20,029 nt of DNA from contig JANKJI020000002.1 of assembly GCA_024626585.2 (NCBI GenBank), positions 110,332,237 to 110,352,265 on the forward strand, in the 5' to 3' direction. Positions 19,511 through 20,029 of this stretch are shown one piece after another. The first letter of the stretch is position 1. Each line of letters opens with the position of its first letter. Origin of the DNA: Ginkgo biloba (taxonomy: Eukaryota > Plantae > Ginkgophyta). The position numbers were made by a program, and so were the translations under genes. A model generated the notes under the pieces. That model did no database searches. It was given only the letters and a program-made list of their open reading frames with translations, and was not told the origin of the DNA.

Positions 19511-20029
19511 ATGAAATTGCTATCTGGGAATGTAAGAGGTTTAAGGGCCGACTCGAAGAAGTGAGCCTTGACCAAGAAAATAAGTAAGACCAATCCAGAC
19601 GTAGTCATGTTACAGGAAACTANNNNNNNNNNCAAATATAGGAAACTAAAATGCAATCCAAAGATATTCAAGGACTTTCCTAGACTTTATGGAGGGACTG
19701 CTTCTCGCTAGTTGTTGATGTTAGAGGACAGGCAGGGGGCTTGGCCATTCTTTGGAACCCAAAGAAAGTAAAGGTCCTCAAGTCCTGGGAGGATCATAAC
19801 TGGATCTTAATTCAAATCTCGGGTGATTTTGAGGGGGTAATCTCCAATGTTTATGGCCCTCCCTCCCCAACACTGAAGGCAACTTGGTGGGAGTTGCTAA
19901 GAACCCATAGAAGCAATCATGGGACCCTTCCCTGGATCATTGGAGGGGATTTTAATACAACCTTGTCCCCAGAGGAAAAGAAGGGGGGTGACCAAGGCGA
20001 CCTTAGTGGCAGAAGCTTGATTCTGAATT
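19511..20029 (+). pseudogene. LINE ORF2 N-terminus: APE-like (Exo_endo_phos) endonuclease, partial and disrupted
   Basis: MKLLSGNVRGL (consensus SWNVRGL), PDVVMLQET, GQAGGLAILWNP, NVYGP and PWIIGGDFNTTLSPEEKKGG. Stops at ~19562 and 19681. Confidence 0.93.

Larger units (their letters stand above)
18000..20029 (+). mobile_element. LINE retrotransposon, L1 clade, 5' part (continues beyond window)
   Basis: ORF1 and the ORF2 endonuclease are in canonical order, and GC content rises abruptly at ~18000. Confidence 0.93.

Noticed and set aside
19505-19516. ATGA stop-start coupling of LINE ORF1 and ORF2
   Set aside because: The TGA at 19512 is not in frame with the last ORF1 segment (19225-19467) in this copy, so it cannot be supported without a consensus.

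Overview
This is a gappy draft-assembly window (many N runs, several exactly 100 N) of AT-rich, transposon-filled plant nuclear DNA, and I find no intact host gene. From left to right it holds two short tandem arrays (57 bp and 39 bp units) and a decayed Ty3/Gypsy pol (RT-RNaseH-start of INT, minus strand, 1359-3002). That pol is interrupted by chromovirus element A (minus strand; LTRs at 3003-~4200 and 6083-~7198, tRNA-Met PBS, RNaseH-integrase-chromodomain). A's 5' LTR is fused back-to-back to the 5' LTR of a related plus-strand element B (LTRs ~7195-8861 and 12898-~14500, with PBS and PPT). B's visible interior has no recognisable gag core or pol, only a long decayed acidic reading frame. 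To the right lie an intron-containing CACTA/En-Spm transposase relic that the ORF track misses (minus, ~14700-15650), CACTA-like termini and subterminal repeats (~17320-17870), and the 5' part of an L1-clade LINE (ORF1 with DUF4283-like region and CCHC knuckle, ORF2 APE endonuclease) running off the right edge. The old, transition-dominated LTR pair and the form of the CACTA transposase suggest a large-genome plant such as a gymnosperm (inference only). The best candidate for something undescribed is element B, an apparently non-autonomous CRM-like LTR element carrying an unexplained acidic ORF.
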